A program made the position numbers and the translations under genes. Below the pieces are notes generated by a model. That model did not search any database and was not told where the DNA came from. It saw nothing but the letters and a program-made list of their open reading frames with translations. This document shows, in pieces, positions 12,150 to 24,326 of a stretch of DNA of 64,000 nucleotides. Each line of letters opens with the position of its first letter. The stretch's first letter is position 1. This DNA comes from Octopus bimaculoides (taxonomy: Eukaryota), in NCBI RefSeq assembly GCF_001194135.2, contig NC_068988.1:64523282-64587281 (forward strand), written 5' to 3'.

Positions 12150-12548
12150 CTCTCTTTACTCTCTCTTTTACTTGTTTCAGTCATTTGACTGCGGCCATGC
12201 TGGAGCACCGTCTTTAGTCGAGCAAATCGACCCCAGGACTTATTCTTTGTAAGCCTAGAACTTATTCTATTGGTCTCTTTTGCTGAACCGCTAAGTTACG
12301 GGGACGTAAACACACCAGCATCGGTCGTCAAACGATGTTGGGGGTACAAACATAGACACACAAACATACACATATATACATATATACGACGGGCTTCTTT
12401 CAGTTTCCGTCTACCAAATCCACTCACAAGGCTTTGGTCAGCCCGTGGCTATAGTAGAAGACACTTGCCCAAAGTGCCACGCAGTGGGACTGAACCCAGA
12501 ACCATGTGGTTGGTAAGCAAGCTACTTACCACACGGCCACTCCTGCCC
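12150..12548 (-). mobile_element. SINE family A, full copy
   Basis: Reverse-complement match to 45080-45485 over head, internal microsatellite and tail. Confidence 0.85.
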
Positions 12549-13054
12549 ACAACGCATCAAGTTCATAATTTGTAAGCACAGGATTTCAAACAGTTCTCTC
12601 AAGGTCACCGACAAATGGTTGGCTTACTTATACTTCAGAAGGCTCAAAGAAATGACTTAGCATCAATTCATTCATGGTTACGCCATCCTTATCCTTCCGC
12701 CCATGACCATTCCACACCACACCACACCACATCACACCCGCAGACCACGAAATGTCAAAGAATTAAGGGATATGTTGACCCAAGCAGGTTTTGAACAACA
12801 AAAACATTTTAGTTGTACTTTTATTACTGACAAGTCTTAAACTCTCTTGTGTTTACGCCTGAGTCATAGAAAATAGATAAAAATCATAAAAATGTGTTGG
12901 GAGAAAGAAAAAAAAAAGAGAACAAACTAACAAAAAAAAAGAAAAGAAAATACACAGGAAGAAAAACAGAAAAAAAAATGACTGCAATGTGCAAATATAA
13001 TTGAATTTTTGATGAAGAAATATCTAAAAGTGATATAATAATACCAACGACAGC

Positions 13055-13058
13055 AATA

Positions 13059-13097
<39 letters not shown>

Positions 13098-13258
13098 GTA
13101 ATAATGACAATGATAATAATGATGATGATGATGGCAGTAACTGCAACAATATTAATAATAATCATAATAAAAATAATACTAATAATAATAATAATAATAA
13201 TAATAATGATAATAATTGTAACAGCAGCAAGAATAATAATGATGATGATGATAACAGC

Positions 13259-13289
<31 letters not shown>

Positions 13290-13306
13290 GTAGTAGTAGT
13301 TGTGTT

Positions 13307-13340
<34 letters not shown>

Positions 13341-13600
13341 TAATAGTCTTAGTGGTAATAATAGTAATGGTAGTAGTATCAATAATAACAGTAATAAGAA
13401 TGTTAATGATAATAATAATAATATTAATAATAATAATAGTAAGAATGATAATAAATAGTAGTAGTAATAATAGTAGTAGTAGTAGTAATAATAATAGTAG
13501 TAGTTGTAACAATAATAATAATAGTCTTAGTAGTAATAATAATAATAATAATGGTAGTAGTGTCAACAATAATAACAGTAATAAGAATCATCATCATCAT
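13055..13600. repeat. Compound (AAT)/(GAT)/(AGT)n microsatellite
   Basis: Direct reading. It produces the poly-N/I/L ORFs in the track. Confidence 0.95.
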
Positions 13601-14739
13601 CATCATCGTTTAACGTCCGCTTTCCATGCTAGCATGGGTTGGACGATTTGACTGAGGACTGNNNNNNNNNNNNNNNNNNNNNNNNNNNNNNNNNNNNNNN
13701 NNNNNNNNNNNNNNNNNNNNNNNNNNNNNNNNNNNNNNNNNNNNNNNNNNNNNNNNNNNNNNNNNNNNNNNNNNNNNNNNNNNNNNNNNNNNNNNNNNNN
13801 NNNNNNNNNNNNNNNNNNNNNNNNNNNNNNNNNNNNNNNNNNNNNNNNNNNNNNNNNNNNNNNNNNNNNNNNNNNNNNNNNNNNNNNNNNNNNNNNNNNN
13901 NNNNNNNNNNNNNNNNNNNNNNNNNNNNNNNNNNNNNNNNNNNNNNNNNNNNNNNNNNNNNNNNNNNNNNNNNNNNNNNNNNNNNNNNNNNNNNNNNNNN
14001 NNNNNNNNNNNNNNNNNNNNNNNNNNNNNNNNNNNNNNNNNNNNNNNNNNNNNNNNNNNNNNNNNNNAACATCTAAGAATTTAATAAAAATGTAAAGTTA
14101 TATCATATCAACTTTTAGACTGTAGGTGACCCTATATACCAGAGTTAAATGTGAAGTTATAATGTTCATGCTTTCCCAGATACATATGAATTGTAAATGA
14201 AATGTAATGCCTTCAACTGAGAATTGAACCAGAAATGGATTCAGGTCTGAGGACGTTAACTTCTTGCTCAAATGGTAAACTGTCACATGATGTAAATTAT
14301 ATAAATAATGAGATTTTAATATAATTTAATAATTACAATGAAAATGTAATAATTATGATAGAGAAAACAAAATAAGAATGATGATAATAATAATAATAAA
14401 AATAATCGTAAGAATAATAAGGATGCATTAATAATGATGAAGCATTAATACATAGTGAATATCCAACTGCAAATGTACTGTGGCAGAGCTGTCATTGTAT
14501 CGTGAATTATTTATATTAGCCAAACAAATGGCAGGTTTATATCGGGTCAAATTATATATTTGAGTTTATATTTTGTTTTGTGTGTGTGTGTGTGTGATTT
14601 TTTTCAACTTTCTCCTTTTCCTTTATGTGTGCACACACACATTATATATATATATATATATATATATATGCATGTTTTTGTACATATACACACATATATA
14701 AACATGTTTATATATATGCATACGTACATATATATGGGT

Positions 14740-14972
14740 GGCACATAAAAGACACCATTTCGAGCGTGGCCGTTTTCGTGCGGGTGACACGTAAAAGCAC
14801 CCACTACACTCTCTGAGTGGTTGGCGTTAGGAAGGGCATCCAGCTGTAGAAACTCTGCCAAATCAGACTGGAGCCTGGTGTTGCCATCCGGTTTCACCAG
14901 TCCTCAGTCAAATCGTCCAACCCATGCTAGCATGGAAAGCGGACGTTAAACGATGATGATGATGATGATGAT
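14740..14972 (+). mobile_element. SINE family C with (GAT)n tail
   Basis: GGTTGGCGTTAGGAAGGGCATCCAGCTGTAGAAAC...CATGGAAAGCGGACGTTAAACGATGATGAT. Other copies at about 6035-6130, 7890-8100, 13588-13661, 17565-17700, 27080-27260, 35490-35700, 38185-38345, 38530-38680, 51050-51200, 56128-56300 and 58340-58520. Confidence 0.8.
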
Positions 14973-16040
14973 ATGTGTATATGAATATATTTTTATGTAT
15001 ACCTGTGTGTATGTGTATATGCATATGTATGTATATATGTTTGTCTATATATTTGTATGTACATGTGTGTGTATGTGTATATATATGCATATGTACATAT
15101 ATAGAAATATATATATACACATATTTGTATGTACATGTGTGTGTATGTGTGTACATGTGTGCATGTGTATGTGTGTGTGTGTATTACAATATTTATGTAT
15201 TTATGTGCATATAAATGAAAAGAAAGTAAGTTAGAACAAATAGCTCAGTGAGGCCAGCAGTATGTATGTAAACAACAAAGACAGACAGGTGTATCTTATA
15301 AATCATAAAAGGTTGTTGCTTGATTAACTGTAATTATCTTAACTTTTAGGAACGATAAAGGGCTCATTTGATGGAAACTGGGACCAAATCCACATGGGAA
15401 GGGCAAATAATCTTAAAGAATCAAGAATTCTCCAAATTTGACTTGCCATTGAGAAAATGATAGTCTGTGGGTAGTTGTTTCTGCCCCAGTAAGTATCATC
15501 GGCACAGCAGTTGTCGTACATTATCTCCAGTAGATGGGACACTTATGTCAGTTATGATGATGAGTGTTCTAATTGATCTGCTCAACAGAACAGTCTGCTC
15601 ATGAAATTAATGTGCAAGTGGCTGAGGACTCCAAAGACATTTGTACCCTTAATGTAGAAATCAGGGAGACACAGCATAACAAAAAAGGTGGCAAGGCTGG
15701 TCCATTGAACTACAAATCATTTTTATCAGTTGAATGGACTGGAGGAACATAAAGTAAAGTGTCTTGCTCCAGAACAAAATGCGCCACAGGGAATTGAGTT
15801 CACGATCTTCTGATTGTGAATGGAATACACTAACCATTAAGCCATACACCTACAGACACATATGTGTATGTATATGATAGGCTTCTTTCAGTCTATGCTA
15901 TGTCCACTCAGAAGGCTTTCGTTGGCCAAGGGCCACAGTAGATCACACTTGCACAAGATGTTGCACAAGGAAGTTAAACCTAACAATTACATGAGTGGGA
16001 AATGTATTTCTTAACCATGTAGCCATTCCCATATCCCATA

Positions 16041-16104
<64 letters not shown>

Positions 16105-16503
16105 TTACTCTTTTACTTGTTTCAGTCATTTGACTGTAGACATGCTGGAGCACCGCCTTTAGTCGAGCAAATCAACCCCAGGACTTATTCTTTGTAAGCC
16201 TAATACTTATTCTATCAGTCTCTATTGCCGAACCGCTAAGTTACGGGGACGTAAGCACACCACCAACGGTTGTCAAGCGATGTTGAGGGGACAAATACAG
16301 ACACACAGATACACATATATATACATATATACGACGGGCTTTTTTCAGTTTCCATCTACCAAATCCACTGACAAGGCTTTGGTCGGTCCAAGGTTATAAT
16401 AGAAGACACTTGCCCAAGGTGCCCGGACAGTGGGATTGAACCCAGAGCCATGTGGTTGGTAAGCAAGCTACTTACCATACAGCCACTCCTGCACCCATGT
16501 ATG

Positions 16504-16563
<60 letters not shown>

Positions 16564-16725
16564 TACAATGGGCTTCTTTCAGTTTCCGTCTACCAAATCC
16601 ACTCACAAGTCTTTGGTCGGCCTGAGGCTATAGTAGAAGACACTTGCCCAACATGCCATGCAGTGGGACTGAACCCGGAGCCATGTGATTGGTAAACAAG
16701 CTATTTACCACACAGCCACTCCTGT
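16105..16725 (-). mobile_element. SINE family A, one full copy plus a second head
   Basis: Full copy at about 16105-16495 and a head-only copy at about 16570-16725, separated by (TA)n. Confidence 0.8.
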
Positions 16726-17221
16726 TGGCTATATGTATACATGTGTTACATACATTTTATTACAGATACGTACGCATTCACGTATCCATTACAATCACAA
16801 GTATTCATTACACACACACGCACACGCACACGCACACGCACGCGCACGCGCACGCGCACGCACACGCACACACACATACACACACCATCATCACTCATAC
16901 ACTCACTCACACACACCTCCCCATTCTACACTGCCATTCCATAAACATTGGTTCTTCCAATCAATTCTATGTAATAAACTCCAATATCTGTCTGTGTCTG
17001 TTTATTATAAACTATAGTGGTAGAAGTAGTCGTAGTAGCAGTTGTTGTAGTCGTTGTTGTTGTTGTTGTTGTCTGCTCAATAAGACCTAATGGCTAAGAA
17101 ACAGACTATCCAACCAAATGGTTGATCAATGCTTTTCAGGTCATGGCTGTTTTATCTTTATTATCTTTGCAGTACGGAACATTCTGTCTTAGGATTTAGG
17201 ATGTCGGACAACGCTAAAATG

Positions 17222-17257
<36 letters not shown>

Positions 17258-17727
17258 AAAGCATGGATTAACTGACTCTTTAACTGAGAGGTTTAGATCA
17301 AGAAATTGTCGCATCAATGCTAAGTACATTTACATGCACGCACATGCACACACACAAACACATACAAACACACACAGATAATGCTTGGTAGATAATATAA
17401 TAGAGTGTATCAAGAAACAGTATATAGAACTCAATACAGTGATATAGAGTGGAGTATTTGAATCTATAAAATGATATAAATCAAATTATTGCATGAATTA
17501 TCATAGGTATTGTGAATTCAGGCTTCAGGTCCTGTTGATCTGCACGTTGTGTGAAGATCTTCATCGTCACCATCATTTAATGTCCGTTGTCCATGCTGGC
17601 ATGGGTTGGATGGTTTGTGTGGGGGTGGTAAGCTGAGGGGCTGCACCCGACTCCAGTCTGGTTTGAAAATGGTTTCTACAGCTGGATGCCCTTCCTAATG
17701 TCAAAAGATGAAAAAAAATGTAAATTT

Positions 17728-17767
<40 letters not shown>

Positions 17768-17882
17768 CGCGCGCGCGCGCGCGCGTGTGTGTATGGTTCA
17801 AATGTACAGAAAATAAAAGACAGACAGGTGAGGGAACAACAACCAGGTGTATTAGTTTGATGGTCAGGAAGAATGGAAAAGT

Positions 17883-17918
17883 CTCTGATGTTTCAAGCCT
17901 ACACTCTTTAACAGAAAG
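17883..17918 (-). ncRNA. Decayed minimal hammerhead motif
   Basis: Minus strand reads CTTT-CTGTTAA-A-GAG-TGTAGG-CTT-GAAAC-ATC-AGAG. Same architecture and similar upstream context (TATTAG.TTGA.G.TC) as the 1500-1534 copy. Confidence 0.4.
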
Positions 17919-18593
17919 GGATATGATAAAAAATAAGCTTTCATGTAGTTTCTGTTTACCATATTCACTCACAAAGCATTGAGCAAACCAACAGTCATAG
18001 TAAGAAACATTTTTTTTTTTTTTTCCCAAGACAGCTCACAGTGTGAACTGAACCAGAAACCGCAATGTTACCAAACAAACTTCTTAACTACACAGCATCA
18101 TATATTTACGATCATCATTTTACAACCATACTCTGTTTTTTATTATGCTGGCATAAGTAAGATGGATGAGTTCCAGGACGGCAGCTTCTTGCCACTTGTC
18201 ACAATCCTTTATCATCCGACACACAACAACAAAAGATAGAAGCCCATTAATCTTTGCGGTTTTGCATTGTAATGATTTTTGGCTACTTTTAACAGCTGAA
18301 CACTTTTATTACCAACCACTTGTACAGTACGGTTTGTGTGCCATTTTATTGTGACTCTGGCACTTTTGTGGGAGTCTGTTGTCTGCCAGTACTAAAGTAT
18401 CCCTCCTACTCTGCATCAGTTTTTATTCTGAGTTATTTCTTCTCCGAAACGAATTGCCTTCACTATACATATATATTTATTTATATATACAAAACTGTAT
18501 ATCTCAGCAATCTTTTTCTATCTATTCTATCATGCTACTACTACATATACTATAGGTACGGTGTTCTTTAAAAAGAACATCTGTTGTCAACGA

Positions 18594-18632
<39 letters not shown>

Positions 18633-19179
18633 TACACATATATATAAATTAAAAACGTAAAATTAAAACAGAACACAAAGGATTCCGCGGTACATGTGTT
18701 TCAAGCTTTATACACAAACAGTCGTTGCATCATTATATGGGTATATAATTGGGCATATACAGGTGCTTGCAATTATCAAGTATTACCTCTAAAATCTGCT
18801 TTACCTACGTGATACACACACACACGTATATATATATATATATATATGGCAGTCCTCTACCATTCCATTCATATTCACCTTGTACCTTGAGAATATGCCC
18901 TGGTACATCGCCACCATCTCTCTTGTACTCTCTCTCTCTCTCTCGGTCTCTCTCCTCTCCTGTCTCTCCAACTGGTTTAACCATGTATCTCTATAGCAAG
19001 ACATCTCTTTCTATCCCTCTTTCATACTCTAACCTCCTACCACCAGGTACAAAGCCTCCCACCTCTTTCGATTACCATTCCTCCTCTCAAATGAGGGATC
19101 TTACAAGTTGCTTGATGAAAACAGACGGTGGTGCTTGGAGGAATATAGACATTAAATGATGATATATATATATATAAAC

Positions 19180-20035
19180 TACCTGCATCAACTTGCTATA
19201 AAAGCAGGTAGTAATTTTATCTTGTCCTTATTCTTAGTGCAAGTTTTCAAGAGTGCAGTTCGATTTTAACAGTTATGTTTTCAAAGCTATAATGGAAGTG
19301 GCAAAGGAGTCTATTCAGCATATTTTGCTTTATGAGTTCAATAAAGGCAACAATGCAGTGGAAAGTGCAAGGAATATTAATGCAGTATATGGGGATCAAA
19401 CAATAAGCGTAAGCCAGTGTCAACAATGGTTCCAGAAATTCTGAGCCAGAAGCAATGGCCTAGGAGATGAGCCTTGTCCTGGAAGATCTGTAGAGCTCAA
19501 CGAGGACATCCTGCAAACCTTAGTGGAACAAAATCCCATTGTAACTGTTGAAGAACTAGCAGAGAAGCTTGGATTTGGTCATTTAACCTTTCATAGACAC
19601 CTGCGTGCCATCAGAAAATGATCATCTCTGGTTTCAAGATAAAAGGTGTTCTTCCATAAGGATAATGCTCGGCCACATACAGCAAGGATGACATTCCAAA
19701 GGCTGGAGCAATTTGAATGGGAAACAATGCCCCACCCGCCATATTCACCAGACATTGCCCCATATGATTATCATTTATTCTGCAGTCTTCAAAATCATTT
19801 GGATGGAAAAAATATGAATTCTGGAGACAAGATCAGAACAGTACTGGAGGAGTATTTTTTGTCATAGCCAAATGAATTTTGGAAGAAGGGCTTCGCAATT
19901 CTACCAGATAGATGGAAGAACATTGTAGCGAATGAAGGAGAGTATATTTTAGATTAAAAGAGAACTTTGTTTCTCTTAATTTTGAAAGATTAAAGAAGTA
20001 TAAAAGAACCGCATTATTTATGAGATGACCCAATA
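19180..20035 (+). mobile_element. Defective mariner transposon (internally deleted, 5' TIR missing)
   Basis: ATG at 19292 gives MEVAKESIQHILLYEFNKGNNAVESARNINAVYGDQTISVSQCQQWFQKF (mariner HTH). A later frame gives HKDNARPH...PHPPYSPDIAPYDYHLF (second and third Asp motifs) and ends LPDRWKNIVANEGEYILD* at 19957. Right TIR-like sequence AACCGCATTATTTATGAGATGACCCAATA at 20007-20035 is followed by TA. In-frame stops are present. Confidence 0.93.
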
Positions 20036-21013
20036 TATATATATATATATATATGTATATAACTGAACTATCTGTCTTTGATTTACTGACATCTGTGAAC
20101 TGTCACAGTACTATAGCTTAACCAATAATAATAATAATGTTTTCAAATTTTGGTACCAGACCATCAGTTTCAGAGGAAAGGGTGAATCGATTACATCAAC
20201 CCTAGTGCTCAACTGGTTCTTATCGACCCCAAAAGGGTGAAAGGCAAAGTTGACCTTGGCAGAATTTGAACTTAGAACATAAAGACAGACAAAATACCTC
20301 AAAGCATTTCATCTGTCATGTGAATGATTCTACCAGTGCACTAACTTAATAATAATGGGTTTCCCATTTTGGCACAAGGCCAGCATTACGGGTGGGGAGA
20401 AGGTCAATCAAATACATCGACCCCAGGGCTCATCTGCTTGGCCTCGGCAGAATTTGAACAAGACATTTGCTTTGCATTCATGAAGGGCTGAGTTCAATCT
20501 CACTGCACGGCATAGTCGTGTGAGCTAGTCACGTTAACATAGCCACGCATTCGGCTGATCTTTTATTATAAGTGGAAGTCTAAGACTTCAGGTCTCTCTC
20601 TCTCTCTTTAACCCTAGGACTCATAATGTTGGAACTTAAACCTGGTGTATATAAGAGACTGAGATTATGACACCACCACCATTCTCCACCCCACCTGAAT
20701 GACACTCAAGTCTGTCTGTCTGTCGTTGGGTTAACTTCCCAGTTATTACTAGAAGTACTACTACTATTTATACTAGAACAATTAGTTCAACAACTACTAC
20801 TACTACTACTGCTGCTGCTGCTACTACTATTGCCATTCATCATTACTATCAATACTATGGTCGGTCGTTACATTTGTTAGTTTATCATAATTGCTGTTGT
20901 TGTTGTTGTTGTTTTATTGCTATCACTGGTAATAAAAAAAAATGCATTCATATATATACATATACACACATATATAAACACTTATATATGTACACACACA
21001 TACATAGATATAT

Positions 21014-21053
<40 letters not shown>

Positions 21054-21623
21054 TCACACACACGTGTGTGCGTATGCTAGTGAGTTAGAGCAGGTGGTAG
21101 TGGTGGTGGTCGTAGGTGGGACATATATCTAATATTGGCCTAATTTTCAGGAATCTGAAGACGAGACAAGAGTTGCCAACTGACACACGGCCAAGTAAAC
21201 ATAAGGCTTAAATAACATGGGTGGTGGAGAGGTTTGGGTGGGTGGGTGGATTCGGTAGATAAGGGTGGTCGTTGCAGGTGATGGTGGTGGTGGTGATGGT
21301 GCTGCTGGCGGCAGTGGTGGTGGTGGTCACATTGTACTTAGTCCAATCATTAATCAATAACAAGCCATTTCGTTGGGTTGTTGTTGTTCTTCTTCTTAAT
21401 AACGATGATGATTGTTTCTGTAGATAATTACTGTATTGTCTGTGTTTGTATTTGTTGATGTTTGTGTTATCTCGAAAGATGTTGTTGTTGTTGTTGTTGT
21501 TGTTGTAGTTATTATATGTTTTGTTACGTTGTATGATGATAATTGTTATTTTTGTTAATCTACTTTTTAATTGTTATTACTTATAATTATTATCATCAAT
21601 ACTTCATTATTATTATTGTTATC

Positions 21624-21671
<48 letters not shown>

Positions 21672-21904
21672 CATTATTATATTACTATTATTAGTAGTAG
21701 TAGTAGTAGTAGTGTTCTTATTATTGTTGTTATTAGTAGCAGCAGCAACAGCTGATTGATTATTGGGAATATAATTAAGAGTGGATTGGCAGAATCATTA
21801 GAGTCATTAAGTAAAAAACAAAAAAAAAACCTTTCCATCTTAAGTTTTGGCTCTATATTCTGAGTTCAAATCCCACCCGGGTTAGGTTTGCCATTCATGG
21901 TGAG

Positions 21905-22932
21905 AGGACAGACACACAAATACATACATACATACATATATATACATAGATACAACAGGCTTCTTTCAGTTTCCGTCTATCAAATCCATTCACAAGGCTT
22001 TTGTCAGCCCGAGGGTATAGTAGAAGACACTTGCCCTAGGTGCTATGTAGTCGGACTGAACCCAGAACCATGTGGTTGGGAAGCAAGCTACTTACCACAC
22101 AGCCATACCTGCATTCTTTCATTTCTTTCTTTTACTAGTTTCAGTCATTAGACTGTGGCCATGCTGGGGTACCACTTTAGCTGAATGAATCAACCTCAGT
22201 ACATTTTTTTTTTTTCTAAGGCTGGTACTTATTCTATCGATCTCTTTTGCCGAAACGCTAATGTTACAGGGATGTAAACACACCAACACCGGTTGTCAAG
22301 TGGTGGTGGGGGAGTAAACACAGGCTCAAAGACACACACACATAGATGTATACATACATATATATATATAAATATATATACATGTATATATATTTGACAG
22401 TTTTCTTTCAGTTTCCATCTTACCGCTCGCAAAGCTTTTTGTCGGCTCGAGGCTATAGTAGAAGACATTTGCTCAAAGTGCCATGCAGCAGGACTGAACC
22501 TGAAGCCATGTGGTTGGGAGGCAAGCTTCTTACCACACAGCCAAACATACATATACTCTTTTACTTGTTTCAGTCATTTGACTGCAGCCATGCTGGAGCA
22601 CCGCCTTTAGTCGAGCAAATCGACCCCAGGACTTATTCTTTCTAAGCCTAGTACTTATTCTATCGGTCTCAGGGACGTAAACACACCAGCATCGGTCGTC
22701 AAGTGATGGTGGGAGGACAAACACAGACACACAAACATACACATATATATACATACATATACATATATATGACAGGCTTCTTTCAGTTTCCGTCTACCAA
22801 ATCCACTCACAAGGCTTTGGTCGGCCCGAGGCTATAGTAGAAGACACTTGCCCAAGGTGCCACGCAGTGGGATTGAACCGGGAACCATGTAGTTGGTAAG
22901 CAAACTACTTACCACACAGCCACTCCTGCGCC
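21905..22932 (-). mobile_element. Cluster of three SINE family A copies
   Basis: Copies at about 21905-22110, 22125-22545 and 22555-22932, all in the same orientation. Confidence 0.8.
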
Positions 22933-23514
22933 TATAAATATATNNNNNNNNNNNNNNNNNNNNNNNNNNNNNNNNNNNNNNNNNNNNNNNNNNNNNNNNN
23001 NNNNNNNNNNNNNNNNNNNNNNNNNNNNNNNNNNNNNNNNNNNNNNNNNNNNNNNNNNNNNNNNNNNNNNNNNNNNNNNNNNNNNNNNNNNNNNNNNNNN
23101 NNNNNNNNNNNNNNNNNNNNNNNNNNNNNNNNNNNNNNNNNNNNNNNNNNNNNNNNNNNNNNNNNNNNNNNNNNNNNNNNNNNNNNNNNNNNNNNNNNNN
23201 NNNNNNNNNNNNNNNNNNNNNNNNNNNNNNNNNNNNNNNNNNNNNNNNNNNNNNNNNNNNNNNNNNNNNNNNNNNNNNNNNNNNNNNNNNNNNNNNNNNN
23301 NNNNNNNNNNNNNNNNNNNNNNNNNNNNNNNNNNNNNNNNNNNNNNNNNNNNNNNNNNNNNNNNNNNNNNNNNNNNNNNNNNNNNNNNNNNNNNNNNNNN
23401 NNNNNNNNNNNNNNNNNNNNNNNNNNNNNNNNNNNNNNNNNNNNNNNNNNNNNNNNNNNNNNNNNNNNNNNNNNNNNNNNNNNNNNNNNNNNNNNNNNNN
23501 NNNNNNNNNNNNNN

Positions 23515-23895
23515 TCTTTGCCTTCCTCCATTCTCTCTCCTTCACTTCTACTCTCAACTTCTATCCCTCCATTCCCCCTCTCTATCTCTCTCTCTCTCTC
23601 TCTCTCTGTTCCTATCTATCTCTCTCTCTCTCTGTTCCTATCTATCTCTCTAGCTCTCTTTATATCTCTCTATCTTTCTCTATCCCACTCACTCTCTATC
23701 TCTCTCCCTCTCCCTTCCTCTCATGCTCCTTCTCTATCCCTCACTCTCCCTCTCTCTCATGCTCCTTCTCTCTCCCTCTCCCTCACTCTCCACCTCCCCC
23801 AACTCTCCATCTCCCTCCCCCAATTCTCCATCTCCCTCCATCTCTCCCTCTCTTTATCTTTCTATCAATCTATCTATTTCTCCCCTTCCCCCATT
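23515..23895. repeat. CT-rich polypyrimidine low-complexity tract
   Basis: About 380 nt almost entirely C/T with (CT)n and (TATC)n. Confidence 0.9.
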
Positions 23896-24091
23896 ACCTT
23901 AATTATAGAAACTCATTTGTGCACATGTATGTATGTGTGTGTGTGTGTGTGTGTGTATTTGTATGTGTGTGTTTATTATTCAGGTAAGGATTAGAGACAG
24001 GAAGAACATCTAGCTGTAAAATTATGCCTCAGTAAAATAAGTATCCATCTAAACCATGCTAGCATGGAAAAACAGACGTAAAAGAAACAAA

Positions 24092-24131
<40 letters not shown>

Positions 24132-24141
24132 NNNNNNNNNN

Positions 24142-24181
<40 letters not shown>

Positions 24182-24291
24182 TTATTCAGGTAAGGATTAG
24201 AGACAGGGAGAGCATCTTGCTGTAAAATTATGCCTCAGTAATAAGTATCCATCTAAACCATACTAGCATGGAAAAACAGACATAAAAGAAA

Positions 24292-24326
<35 letters not shown>

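Noticed and set aside
18685-18735. Minus-strand GAAAC-ACAT-GTA hammerhead half
   Set aside because: No CUGANGA box and no stem I.
21225-21270. G-quadruplex in (GGGT)n
   Set aside because: Part of a degenerate GGT microsatellite with no independent support for function.
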